DNA of 64,000 nucleotides from assembly GCA_000004695.1 (NCBI GenBank), contig CM000151.3, positions 5,472,001 through 5,536,000 of the forward strand. Reading direction: 5' to 3'. Below the pieces are notes generated by a model that saw nothing but the letters and a program-made list of their open reading frames with translations, made no database searches and was not told the origin of the DNA. Shown one piece after another: positions 34,678-47,853 of the stretch. This stretch comes from Dictyostelium discoideum (taxonomy: Eukaryota). The stretch's first letter is position 1. Each line of letters opens with the position of its first letter. The translations under genes were made by a program, and so were the position numbers.

Positions 34678-37600
34678 ATGGAAATAGATAATAATGAATT
34701 TGAAATTTCATTTTGGAAAGTTATTCATAATAAATATTTATTCGATAGAATAATTAATTATATTCAATGTTTAGAATGGGTTAATTATGATGATTACAAC
34801 CAATTACATATCGAAAATAGAATAAAATTTAAAAATATTAATTCCCTAAAATGGATGATAAATAATAATCAATTAGAATTATTAAAATATAAAATTAAAA
34901 TAAATGATGAATTTATCAAAATTACTGAAAATTCATTAAAATTATTATTTTCTAATTTTGGTTTTCAAACATCGGCAACCGATGAAAAATTAAATGAAAT
35001 TTTAATTTTTTTATTAAAATATAGAAAAAGAGAATTAGTACCATTCGATTTAGTTGATATTGGTATTAAATGTTTAAATTTAAATGTTATTAAATTTTTA
35101 ACTTCTGAACCTTACTCTTTTCAAATATTTCAATCATCTTTGGAATGGGTAGTAATAAATTCAAATTCTTTATTTTTAAATGAATTATCAAATTTATCAG
35201 ATACAATTTCTCAAACAATTAAAATAATTTCTGAAAGAAATGAAAATGAAAAAAAAATATTAGATTCTATAAATCAAAGTGAATCTAATAAAAAATTTCA
35301 AATTTCAAATTCATCATTATCATCAACAATAACAACAACATTAGATTCTAAATCACCTTTCTCATTTGGTTCATCATTTGGTTCATCAACATCACCAATA
35401 CCACCAAATCCAACAAATACACTTATACAACCAACACCGTCACCACTAGCTTCTAATAGTTCCTCTCCTATATCAACAACCTTTAAACCAACATCATTTG
35501 GGTTTTCTACACAATCACAACCACAACCACAACCACAACCACAACCACAATCACAATCACAATCACAACCACAACCACAATCACAACCAACCCATAGCGC
35601 AACGCCGACAATAGCACCATTTGGCTTATCCTCGCAACCAACACCAACACCAGGTTCTTATAGTTCTCTTCCTGGATCAACAACAACAACAACCTTTAGA
35701 CCAACTTCATTTGGTTTTTCTTTAATTTCACCACAACCAACACCAATATCTGCACCAATTGGTTTTTCAACACAAGCACTATCACAACCAACACCAACAA
35801 GTGCACCAATTAGTTTTTCAGCGCAATCACAACCACAACAACCACAATCACAATCACAATCACAATCACAATCACAATCACAACCACAATCACAATCACA
35901 ACCACAATCACAATCACAACCACAATCACAATCACAACCAACACCAACAAGTGCACCAATTGGTTTTTCTACACAATCACAACCACAGCCACAATTACAA
36001 TCACAATCGCAATCACAATTTGGTAGTTTTAAAGCTGAAAAAGTTATTATAAACCCAAAATTTATTTCAACTTTTTCTCAAGGTTCATTTAGTAATAATA
36101 ATTTTAATAATAATAATATTGACCAATTTATAGAATTAAGTGAAATACTTAGATCATATGATTTAGAGCGTTTTAAAAATTATTTATTAGAAAATAAATC
36201 AAATATGGATAATATTATAATTAAAGTTAATAATCATAAGAAAATGATGGGAGAAAAGTTGGGAAATAATATTGATAGATTTTGTGAATTTATGAAATTT
36301 TATACATCAAATATATCATTTAATAATATGGATTTTGATAGACTCATTCAAAATTATATATTTTCAACATCAACAAATCAAGATGAATTTAATAAAAATA
36401 TTGAAAAAACAATTTCATCAAGTAATACAAGATTATTAAATCTTTTACCAAGTAAATGGAATCAATTACTATTTGATACTTTTAATTTTTGTTTAGATCC
36501 AATTGGAAAAACTTATTTTTCAATTGATAAAAAAGAAACTATAGATTGGATTTTTGAAAATTTAAAAAATCAATATTTTATTCAAAATTTAATTCAATCA
36601 AAACAAGTTGGATTTCTTGATTTCTCATCACTTGAAATAATTAATTATGCAAAAAATAAATTTAATCAAGTTAGTGCTGATATAAATTCAACAACAACAA
36701 CAGCAACAATAAAACCAATCAATAATTTAAATGAATTTTTTACAAATTCAGAAAAAGAATTATCATTTATTTACAGATATTCATTTTTTAAATCAATTGG
36801 TGATTGTAATTTTGACCAATTACAATTTATAACATCATTAAAAATGAATCCAATTGAATGTTATCGTGAAAATAGTAGTAATAAGAATGGTAGTGTTTGT
36901 GGTAGTGATGTAAGAAATGAAAAATTTTTAAAAAGTAATTTAAAGAAACAATCAACTGAAAATTTAATTAAATTAATTGAAATATTAAATAATTGTGATT
37001 ATAAAATCTTTTCATCAGAATTATTTTTTAAATTTCTTTCAATAATTGGTAATCATTGTGAAAATAGTGAATTGCTTTTATCAAAAATTCAATTTTCATT
37101 TACCAATTTAGATAAACATTTTGAACAATATTCTTTAAATATCTTTATGGATTCATTGTTAAATAATATTAATATTATTAAATTATTTTTTAGAAATGAT
37201 TTTAATCCACTTAAATATTTAAATCAAATTAAAAGAAATGGAACGACAGTAATACCATCAAATTTTATTTTCAGTATTGACCATTACCAACCAGAATCAT
37301 ATAATAATAATCATAATAATATTTTAGTTGGTATTTTAAATCAATCAACAACTGAATCATTTGAAATGATAATTGAAATAATTAAACTTTTATTAAATAA
37401 TTTTCAAATTGATATTAAAGTTCATAAACAAAAAGTTGGAATTCAACAACAAAAATCATTAGATGAGCAAGATCCTTTACAAAGAGATATGAAAATGGTA
37501 ATTCCACATTCATTATTAACCAATTTTAATCAATATTTCATTTCATTAGAAATGATTATAAATTATTTATTTAAAAAATTAATTCAAATTAAAGGTTTAC

Positions 37601-39084
37601 CAATTAACAGATTAGAATATATTTATAAAATAATTAAAAATACAAGTGTTGAAAATTTTTCAATAGTTTTAGATCATTCAATTTTTCATTCAATTTATTA
37701 TTTAGCAATTAAATCACCAAAATTAGTTAAATATATAATGTAATTCCCATATTTATCAGATATTCTAATTGAAGCTCAATTTGATAAATTTAATGACTCT
37801 TGTCTTTTTTCAAGAATTGATAGTTGTTATAATATTGTAAAATATTTAGATCCAAAAATATATAATTTTAATTTTATTTTTGGTGAATTATTACCACAAG
37901 AAAAAGAAGAAAAAGAAGGTGAAAATATTGAAAATTTAATTTTAAAATTAATTTTAGAATTATCACATCAACCAGTTATAATGAGTGATAAATCATTATC
38001 AAATAATTATTATACAACAGGTTTAAATTATAATTTACAATTTTATTTAGATATACATAGAATTGGTTTATTTTTTAAACAACTAGATTTTATTCAATCA
38101 TTATTAGATGATGAAAATTTTAAATTTGGTGATTTTCCAAATGGAATTGTTAAAAACCTTAAAATTAAAAATATTGGTACTTGTGATTCAATTGAATGTT
38201 GTCAACAACAACAACAACAAAATGATAATCATTTAAAACCATTATTAAATAATAGATGTTTTCATTATAAAGATTTAACAATTCAAAAAGCTTCAAAAGT
38301 AATGAACTCTCAACAATTTTTTAAATTTATTAAATTTTGTAATTATCATTCAATATTTTCATTTTTATTAATCTACAACGATGATCTTTTAGAATTTGAA
38401 ACAATTAATCAATTATTAAATCAATCATCAATAATTAATCATTTATTAATTAATCATTATGAACCAAATCAAGATATTGATTATCAAGAAGAATTTGAAA
38501 ATCAAGATGAAATTAAAAATCAAGATGAAATTGAAAATCAAGACGAAATTGAAAATCAAGACGAAATTGAAAGTCAAGACGAAATTGAAAATCAAGACGA
38601 AATTGAAAGTCAAGATGAAATTAATGATAAAGATAAAGTAGAGCCGAGTGAAAAAGATGATAATTCAGATGTTTCAGAATTTTGGTTAGATTTAATTGAT
38701 TATTGTGTATATGATTGTGAAAAGATTGAATTTTTATTTATCAAACATCCAAATTTATTATCCTTTATTCCAATTGATAAAATTTTAGATAGAGTTTTAC
38801 AACCAGGTACAAATTACAATTATAATATAGTTTTAACAGATTTAATAGTAAATCATATTAATAATAATAATAATAATCAAGATAACCCAATCAATTGTAA
38901 AGACATTTTACCATTCTTTAAAATTACAAACCGAATAATTGATGATGCAATTGTTGCAAAAAAAATTTATTATTTAAAATACATTTACGAAAATGGTTTT
39001 ATTGAAGAAAATGAACTTTTGCAATATTTAAAAGATAAACTTGCAAATAATTCAGATTATAAAAATCTAAATTGGTTTAATTAA
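34678..39084 (+). CDS. Large hypothetical protein with PQ/SQ dipeptide repeats, FG-type motifs (TSFGFS, APIGFS, QFGSF) and a C-terminal acidic NQDEIE hexapeptide repeat. Proposed two exons: 34678..37739, 37815..39084.
   Basis: ORFs 34678..37743 and 37981..39084 share one frame. The 237 bp between them has no stop other than the single TAA at 37741. That TAA lies inside a candidate 75 bp intron, at|GTAATTccc...ttgtcttttttcaAG|a, and removing it fuses the two ORFs in frame. Confidence 0.5.
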
Positions 39085-39323
39085 TTATAAAAATAAAATA
39101 TTTAAAATTCAAATAAAATAATTAGTGTTCAAAAATTATCTATATCTATGGGTCTTAGATAATTATCTATTCATATCTTTTTTTTTAATAATCTATTTGT
39201 TATAAGTAATTGTATGTTTACATAAAATGGTGTGACAATGGTGTTGAACCCAAAAAAATTGAGATTTATAATAACCCCATGCAACAAATGAGAATGAGTA
39301 CCTCAAAGAGAACCTGATTTATT

Positions 39324-39373
<50 letters not shown>

Positions 39374-39429
39374 GTATTCACAAAGAATCCAATAATTTTT
39401 TTTTTTTTATTTTTTAAATATAAATTTAA

Positions 39430-39600
39430 TCTAATATAATTATTTCTTTTCTTTTTCTTTTTCTTTTTCTTTTTCTTTTTCTTTTTCTTTTTCTTTTTCT
39501 TTTTCTTTCCTTTTTCTTTTACTTTTTCTTTCTTTTTATCTTTCTCTTTTTCTTTCTTTTTCTCTTTTTCTTTTTCTTGGATTTTATTTGATTTTGTTTT
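39430..39600. repeat. (CTTTTT)n hexanucleotide microsatellite.
   Basis: cttttctttttctttttc... seen directly. Confidence 0.9.
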
Positions 39601-40800
39601 TTTAACTTTAATTGTTGTTGAAGTTTCAGTATTTGTTTTTGAAGTTGTTTTTAAAGGTGGTGGTGGTGCTGCTGCTGGTTGTAATCTAACTATTAACGTT
39701 GAAAAGTTTAGAATATCAGTTGAGCTTTTTTCTTTAAAAATGGATCATCAGCTAAAAAATCATCAATTGAATCTGTAGTTCCAATAAATTTATCTGAATA
39801 TGTTGTTAGTTCTTTTAATTGTTAAATATTGTTGATAAAATTGTTAAAATCATTTGCTGTAATTATTTAAGTTTATCCAATTGAACTTTATTAATGTTTA
39901 CTTTTGCACCTTTGCTTTCGGATACAGTTTTTTTATAATTTTATATCCAACTAGTGGTTTCAAATCTTTATTTCTTAAAAAGGTTGTAATTTTATTTTTC
40001 ATTGGATAATCTATAACATCAAAATCCAATTGTAGTGTGAATGTTGTTTTCATTGTTTATCAAAATAATTACACTATACTTTGAGATATAAGTTATTTCA
40101 AGTGCTTCTTTATCTGCATCTGAATCGGAATCGGAATCATATGCATCACAGTCATCATAAGGATTTTCATGATAACATCTTCTTCTCTTTGATTTGAAAT
40201 AATCTCTTTTTTTGTTTCTTCACTTTCAATTTGAAAATATTGATCAAAATTATAATCACCATTAAATAAATGTTTTTCAAAATCAAAAGTTAGGGAGTCG
40301 CAATCATTCCATCTCTTACCAGGTCATTTTAATTAATTTTGCTTCAATTTCGTTTTCTTTAATACCAAATATATATTTAGTTTAATTTAAAAATGTTTTA
40401 AATTTATCTGAATTTGTATTGAGCCATGATGACTCATTACCAAAACTAATTAATTCTGATGGAATATCAAATACTTTTCTTTAAAATTATCTTATTTTAT
40501 TTGAACTTCTTTTTTTTTTTCTTCTATATTTAACTCTATCTTCAGGTTTTAATAATTGTGGATATTTACTAATAATTCTTTAGGTTTTTCCTAATTTTTA
40601 AATATTAACGTACCATAATCACCAACAACTTCTAATTCTAATTTATCCTTTTCAACTTTTTCTAATTCCATTTTATCTTTATTTTCATTTTCTTCTTCTT
40701 TATTTATTTCTTTATTTTTATCTTTTATATAATTTTTTAATTTTTCAATTGAATCATTATTATTATTATAGGTTACTGTGTCAGATTATAAATCTATCTA
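39600..40800 (-). pseudogene. Decayed coding region, a candidate pseudogene. It has protein-like composition (higher GC, no long homopolymer runs) but is broken by many stops and frameshifts.
   Basis: No ORF of 60 aa or more in any frame across about 2.3 kb (39085-41433). Minus-strand fragments read like protein: NPYDDCDAYDSDSDSDADKEALEITYISKYSVIILINNEN..., DIPSELISFGNESSWLNTNSDKFKTFLN, ...LQPAAAPPPPLKTTSKTNTETSTTIKVKKTK. Confidence 0.4.
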
Positions 40801-41344
40801 TGCGCCATGACATTAAGAATTCTTTAATATTTATTTATACCTCGATAATAATAACAATAAAAAACAAAAAAAAAATTTTAAAATTTTCCAAAAAAGCAAA
40901 CAAATAAAAAAACAATGTTTTTATTTATAAAAATATCTTTTTTTTTCTTTTTTTTTTATTTTTCACTTAACAATACATTATAAATAGTATTAAAACTATT
41001 AATAATTATGAAATGCTTTATTATTCACCCAATAAAATAGATATTTTTAAATTTCATATGAAAAATAACAAAAAAAATAAAAAAAATTGGGGAAGGGGGA
41101 TATTTTTAGTAGAAATTTCATATTTTATTAATTGATATCTATTGAATATTTATTTAATAAACTATTAACTAAACTTAATGATTTTTCTACATCATTTGAA
41201 TTGAAATTAATTTCTTTAAATTCTTCCAAAAATTTATTATGATTTTGTTTAAGTGTCTAAATAACAAAAATAATTAAAAAATAAAAAAAAAAAATTAGTA
41301 ACCAATTTAAAATATTACAATTTCTATTATTATTGTTATTATCA

Positions 41345-41433
<89 letters not shown>

Positions 41434-44287
41434 TTAAATTACATTTGATTCAAAAGATTCCAATTCTTTTGCTTTTTGTTTTGCATTTTCAATAACTTGT
41501 GAAGGGAAATTTGCTAAAATTGCAACATGAATACCAAAACTTTGATCACAAGGACCTTGTTCAACTTTATAGAGTAAAGTAAAAGTATTGTTTTGGGTTG
41601 AAGCTGAAACATGTAAATTTTTAACCATTGGAAGTAAATCTGATAGAATTGTCAATTCATGGAAATGAGTTGCAAATAGACAGAAACCACCAATTTGATT
41701 ACAAATATACTCTGCAATACCCCAAGCTAAACCAAAACCATCATATGTTGAAGTACCTCTACCAAGTTCATCAATAATGATTAAAGAATTTTTAGTTGCA
41801 ACCTTTAAAATGTAAGATGTCTCTAACATTTCTGCCATAAATGTTGAAACACCACGTAATTGACTATCACCTGCACCAACTCTTGATAAAATACAATCGA
41901 CAACTGCAATTGTTGCTTTTTGTGCTGGTACAAAACAACCAATTTGTGCCATTAATACTATTAATCCAACTTGACGAATAAATGTTGATTTACCACCCAT
42001 ATTTGGTCCTAAAATAATAAATAAAAAATGTTAATTTAAATTTATTGTATGAATTAATTATATATATATTTGTTTGTTTTTACCTGTTATAATTTGAAAT
42101 TGGGATTGACCACGAGTTAAATCAATATCATTTGCAATGAAATTAACATTATCTTGAATTTCTACACATGGATGACGACCACCAATAATAACAGTGCCAG
42201 CACCATTTTCATCACTACCTAATGGTATAATCTCTGGTCTAATGAATGGGATTGGTGCAATTGAAGATACATGACTTAAAGTTACAAATACATCCAATGT
42301 TGCAATTAATGATGATAAATCTTCAATCAAAGGTACGAATGAAGCTGCAATTTGAAGGGTTCTCTTTGCAAGACCATCTTGTTTATCCAAGTACTCTGCT
42401 GACCATTTCTTATAGGCTTCATTTAGAGTATCGATTTCTCTAGTGGCAAATCTTACACCATCTTTAGCGGTTGCATGAACAATGTATTTCTTTTTATCTC
42501 TAATTGCAACCTCATCCTTTCTTGAGATTCTCAATAAAAACATATCCTTTTCACTATAATGTAATTTAACTTTTGCTTCATCTAAATTCAAATCATCAGC
42601 AATGTCAACTCTAAATCGTTCGATTTTATTTGAAATTTGATCTTTCTTCAATTGAATACCACGTAATGTCTCATCGAAACTTGATCTAATAACATATTCA
42701 TGTTTGTCATTGGCCAAATCTAAATCGATGGTTTTTTCAACCATTGCACAGAATTTAGCAAAATCTGATATAATAGACTCTAAACTCTCTATGAAATTAA
42801 CTTTAATCAACTCTTGATGTATACTACTATGATTATTCAATGATTGCAATACCACTGGTAATCTAGTGACAATACCATACAAATTGACACAATCCTCCAA
42901 TGTAGCCTTTTGACCATGCAATTTCTTTGATAATCTATCTAAATCACCAATTTTCTTCAAATCATTTGATCTTAAAGATTGACGTAACTCCAAATCATTA
43001 TAAAATGCCTCTACAAAATTTAATCTTGCTTCGATTTCCTCTGCATTTAATAATGGTTGCTTTACCCATTGTAATAATAATCTTGATCCCATTGGTGTAT
43101 TACATTGATTTAATAAATTATATAAACTTTGATCTTTATTTGAACTAGATGATGCTCCACCTGCACCACCACCACCTGCTGCTGCACTAACTGAAGAATC
43201 TTTTAAATCAATAATATGTAAACCTTTAAATGATGAAGAATCTAATTTCATATATCTATCTAAATCATATTTTTCCAATTTGAATTTACCAAAATAATTT
43301 GGATTTGAAAGTAAATCCAAATGTTTAATTAAGCAACTAGCAGACTGAATGGCATGCTCTTGTTCGATATCTGGTAAATTATTTTTAACGGAACCCAATA
43401 AACGAGTTAAATCTTGTTCGGCATTCTTTGAGGAGAAATCTGATTTTGGTAATTCTGTGAATGGTATACCTGCATCTGATAATTTCTCTTTAACTTTTTG
43501 ATAATCATAATTCTTTTGATCACAACATAACAAGCATTCCTTTACACTCATTTGCATTATAAAACTTGAAAGATTCGATAGATTATCATTATCCATAAAT
43601 TGTGAAACACCAATTGTCTTGAAAGTAGCATCACCAAATGATATACCAAATACGATTGAACCTTTCTCTCTTGTGACTTTTAATGCCATCATAACTGATC
43701 CTTCACAATTACCATTCAATAAAACATCTTCAAACATTTGTGTATTACCTGGTGAGCCTTTTTTAATTAGTTCCCATTGTTGTTTACTATTTGGTTTCAT
43801 TGACCAAATTTCAATCTTTTTCTTTTCATCTAATAATTCTTTAACTATATTTTCAAATTCATAACCTTGTCTAATTGTTAATACCGCTAATCCTAATTCT
43901 TGTTGTTGTTGTTGGGATGATGATGCAGTTGTTGTTAATGAACCATCATTATCAATTTTAATTTTCTTTTTTGGATTTGGATCACTAATACTCCAATATT
44001 TTAATGATTTCTTTGATTTAAAATGCATCATTGCTACAAATACTGCATCTTCACCATGAATTGAGTAATATCCCTATGGTTTTTTTTTTTTTTTTTTTTT
44101 TTTTTATTAATAAGTGTTAAAATATATAAAATGAATAAAAAAATATTTATATAATTACTTTTCTATCAAATAATCTAATTGTGTCTGTATCTTCATTAGA
44201 GGATACTAAACTTTGAAAAAATGTAACAAAGGTTTTATCCTCCTTTAATACTACTTGTGATGATTCTTCTTGTTCATTATCTGACAT
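41434..44287 (-). CDS. msh2: DNA mismatch repair protein MSH2 (MutS homolog 2). Three exons: 44287..44159, 44073..42084, 42008..41434.
   Basis: Exon 1 is MSDNEQ...IRLFDRK|GTAATT. Exon 2 after ccatAG reads [18 protein letters not shown]... (compare human RGDFYTAHGEDALLAA) and runs through the connector, lever and clamp regions. It ends ...QFQIIT + g|GTAAAAAC (75 bp intron). Exon 3 reads [29 protein letters not shown]...[23 protein letters not shown]...FATHFHELT, the Walker A and MutS ATPase signature, nearly identical to human MSH2. Confidence 0.9.
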
Positions 44288-44439
44288 TATTGAAGTTTAT
44301 TTAAATTATGTTTATTAAACAAATAAAAGGGTTTTAATAAAATTAGAATTTATAGTAAATGAAAAAAAATTAAAAAAATTAAAAAAATTAAAAAAATAAA
44401 AAAAAAAAAAAAAAAAAATGAAAAAAATAAAAAAAATAA

Positions 44440-44451
44440 TTTGCGCGGGGA
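44440..44451. promoter_or_regulatory. E2F-like site TTTGCGCGGGGA about 155 bp upstream of the msh2 ATG.
   Basis: An isolated GC-rich dodecamer in an AT-rich promoter. It matches the E2F consensus TTTSSCGC. MSH2-type replication and repair genes are classical E2F targets. Confidence 0.4.
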
Positions 44452-44679
44452 TTTATTTATTCATAAAATAATTTTAGTAAGAAATAAAAATAAAATTGGT
44501 TGGTCCAAAAAAAAGAAAAAAATAAAAAAAAAATATTAATAGATTGGAATAAAATTGCCACTAATCTTTCTTTCAAGAAAAAAAAAACCAAAATAAGAAT
44601 AAAATTATTTTTATTTATTTTTTACTTTTTTTTATTTTTATTTTTATTTTTTTTTTTTTTTTTCAATCATTATTTTTAT

Positions 44680-44812
<133 letters not shown>

Positions 44813-45289
44813 AATAAAAAATTTCTAAAAATAAAAAAAAAAAAAAAAACAAGAAATATAAAAAAAATAAAAAAATAAAAAAAATAAATTAAATCTTGAT
44901 ATTTACAATCTTATTCACAGAAAGACGAAAAAGTGTCTCGGTTAAAGAATTCAATCTTTTTTCTCAAATATTTATTTTTTTTATTTTTTTTATTTTTTTT
45001 TTTTTTTTTAATTATTTTTATTTTTTTTTTTTAATTTTTTTTTTTTCCAAAATTTTTTTTAACAAAAAAAATTTTCTTTTTTTTTTTGCATTCATTATTT
45101 TCATTTTCCCACTACGCAACCACACTCCAGCAAAAAAAAAAAATAAAAAATTAAAAATAAAAATAATAAATTTTTTTTTTTAGTTTAATAGTTCGCACAT
45201 AATAATAATAATAATATCCACACTTTCTCTTGGTCAATTTTCAATCCATTAGAAAGCATTTTTACACATCCTTACATTTTATATATATA

Positions 45290-45540
45290 TAAATACTATT
45301 AGTATCCCATCAATTAATAACTTGGTTAAATCGGTTAATAATAGGTGGCGGAAGTAGTTCCAATAGATATATTATATCAATAAACTTCCTTCGTGGATTC
45401 TTCAAACACTAGAATCCCCATTGTTTTAAACAGTTCTTTTATGCATTGGGGTACAAACAACAGAAGGGCAGTCTCTTTTAATTATACTTTAGCAGGCTAT
45501 TACGCTGATACAGGCATTTCCTAGCATCGTTTTATCAACA
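45290..45540. other. ORF-free island of non-AT-rich sequence, about 250 bp. A candidate ncRNA gene or regulatory module.
   Basis: ttggttaaatcggttaataataggtggcggaagtagttcc...ggattcttcaaacactagaatcccc...gggcagtctc...caggcatttcctagcatcg. GC content is far above the flanking intergenic DNA. It contains a perfect 7-bp stem (ggattct/agaatcc). No ORF is present. Confidence 0.3.
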
Positions 45541-45569
45541 TTTTATATATATACATTTAATTAACAAAG

Positions 45570-45603
<34 letters not shown>

Positions 45604-46218
45604 TCAAACACTAAAAAAAAAAAAAAAAAAAAATAAACCAAAACAAAAAATAATAATAACTTATAAAAAAAAAAAAAAACTTCAACAATAATAATAATAT
45701 TTCACCAAATTATAAATAATTTCTCAAATTTCAATTTTTAATATCAAACAAAACTTAAATTTTTTAAACATCAAAACAAACTCAAATTTAAATGCCAATT
45801 TTGTAAGGCCAAAATGGTTTTTTTTTTTTTTTTTCTCTCTGGCCTTGTTCGTTTTTTTATATTTCAATTAATTTTTTTTTTTTTTTTTTGGAAAAAAAAA
45901 AAAAGGTTTTTTTTTGTTTTTTTAAATATTTTCAGATGAAAAAAAACCTTTACTTTCAAACTTTTTTTTTTTATTATAAAATTTTAAAAAAAAAATCGTT
46001 TTTTTTTTTAAAAAAAAAAAGATATTTTTGCAACACAAGCAAATTTTAAGTTTTTTTTTTTTTTTTTTCATTTTTCGAATTCGACAATTTTTTGGGGTGA
46101 TAAAAAAAAAAAATATTCATTAATAGTTTTATCTATATCACACCTTAATCTTTTTTTATTTTTTTAATTTTTATATTTTATTCGATTTATAAATTTTATT
46201 TAATATTTTGTTAAATAA

Positions 46219-46259
<41 letters not shown>

Positions 46260-46281
46260 AAAATTCTAAAATTTAAAATTT

Positions 46282-47439
46282 ATGGAAAATAATAATGATT
46301 ATAAAAATAGGTCAACAGAAATTTTTAACGAAGCAGATGCAGGATTTGTATATCAATCCAACTCAAATGATTATTCAGATGGATTTGAAGGACCAGAAAA
46401 GAAATTAGATATTAGATTCGGTCCAATTAGTAAAGGTAGCGTTAAATCAATTGCAGGTAGCCCAAGTAAGGTTGGATTACGTACAATTGATAAGGAGAAA
46501 TGGCAAACAGTATTAGATTCAGCAAGATGTACAATCATTAGTCAAACCAGTAATGATCATATGGATAGCTATGTTTTATCAGAATCAAGTTTATTCGTTT
46601 ATCCACGTCGTGCAATGATTAAAACCTGTGGTACCACCACTTTGTTACACTTGATCGCTAAAATGGTTCAAGTAGGTAAAGAATGTGGTCTTGAAGTTGA
46701 GATGGTTGTTTTCTCTAGAAAGAATTTAAATCAACCATCCAAACAAGTCTTTCCACATTGTTCATTCTCTGATGAAGTAAACTTTCTCAACAAGATTTTC
46801 GATGGTCAAGCCTATGTTATGGGTGACGTCAACAAGGACCACTGGAATTTGTATATCGCCGATTTCAGAAAGAATCCAACCCTCCAAAGAACTGAACAAA
46901 CCTTTGAGGTTATGATGCACGATCTCGATGAAACTGTTATGAAACAATTTTTCAAGCGTGAAGGTGTATCAGCTTGGGATACAACCGTCAACAGTGGTAT
47001 TGCCGACCTTTTGCCAGGTTCAATGATTGATGATTTCCAATTTGATCCTTGTGGTTACTCAATGAATGGTCTTCTCAATGAATTTTATTGGACTATTCAT
47101 ATCACACCAGAATCACATTGTAGCTATGTATCATTTGACACCAATGTAGCTCTCGCAGATTACAATCAATTGTTGGCAAAGGTTTTAAATGTTTTCAAAC
47201 CAGGTCGTTTCACAGCTGCACTCTATGCCGAAGATGGTGCTCCATGTGGAGATCCTTACACTGCTTTCGATGTCAATGTCCCTTCCTATGCAATTCAAAA
47301 TAAAACTGTACATGGTTTTGATGGTGGTTATGATGTTGTTGTTTCAAATTATCAACAATTGGATAAAAAAGTGAATTTTTCAAATGATGATTTAATTCAA
47401 TCAATCGAATCAACTAATATTGATTTAATTCAAGTTTAA
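46282..47439 (+). CDS. amd1: S-adenosylmethionine decarboxylase proenzyme (AdoMetDC).
   Basis: Single 385-aa ORF. FEGPEKKLDI (FEGxEKLLE motif). The pyruvoyl-forming cleavage site YVLSESSLFV. TCGTT, PCGYSMNG, YWTIHITPES and SYVSFDTN all align with human AMD1. Confidence 0.9.
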   Translation: MENNNDYKNRSTEIFNEADAGFVYQSNSNDYSDGFEGPEKKLDIRFGPISKGSVKSIAGSPSKVGLRTIDKEKWQTVLDSARCTIISQTSNDHMDSYVLSESSLFVYPRRAMIKTCGTTTLLHLIAKMVQVGKECGLEVEMVVFSRKNLNQPSKQVFPHCSFSDEVNFLNKIFDGQAYVMGDVNKDHWNLYIADFRKNPTLQRTEQTFEVMMHDLDETVMKQFFKREGVSAWDTTVNSGIADLLPGSMIDDFQFDPCGYSMNGLLNEFYWTIHITPESHCSYVSFDTNVALADYNQLLAKVLNVFKPGRFTAALYAEDGAPCGDPYTAFDVNVPSYAIQNKTVHGFDGGYDVVVSNYQQLDKKVNFSNDDLIQSIESTNIDLIQV

Positions 47440-47853
47440 AAAATAATTAATAATAATAATAATTAATAATAATAATATATAATAATATCAATAATTCATA
47501 TAATTTAGTTTTAGAGATATAGTTAATATATACAAATATTTTATTATCATTCACTTTCAAAATTTATAAAAAAAAAAAAAAAAAAAATATTATTTCCATT
47601 TTGTTTACCTTATTTTTTTTTTTTTAATCCAAAATTTTTTTTTTAGTATACGTAAATAAAACATGTATTGTAAAATTAAATTAGAAAAAAAAAAAAAAAA
47701 AACCCATTTATATATATATAATAAATTATTTAATTAATTTAAATTAAATTTTAATTAATTAATTATTAATGCCAAAAAAAAAAAAAAAAAAAAAAATCTA
47801 TTTTTAAAATTTTTATTTTATAATTATTTTTATTTTTATTATTATTTTTATTT

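Noticed and set aside
38459-38641. ORF with KIKTKLKIK repeats.
   Set aside because: It is an alternative frame of the NQDEIE acidic hexapeptide repeat inside the 34678..39084 gene.
45290-45540. Possible U3 or spliceosomal snRNA in the GC island (atactttagcagg is vaguely like the U3 box A atactttcaggga).
   Set aside because: The similarity is confined to about 10 nt. Downstream sequence runs into AT-rich spacer, with no box C/D or Sm-site pattern.
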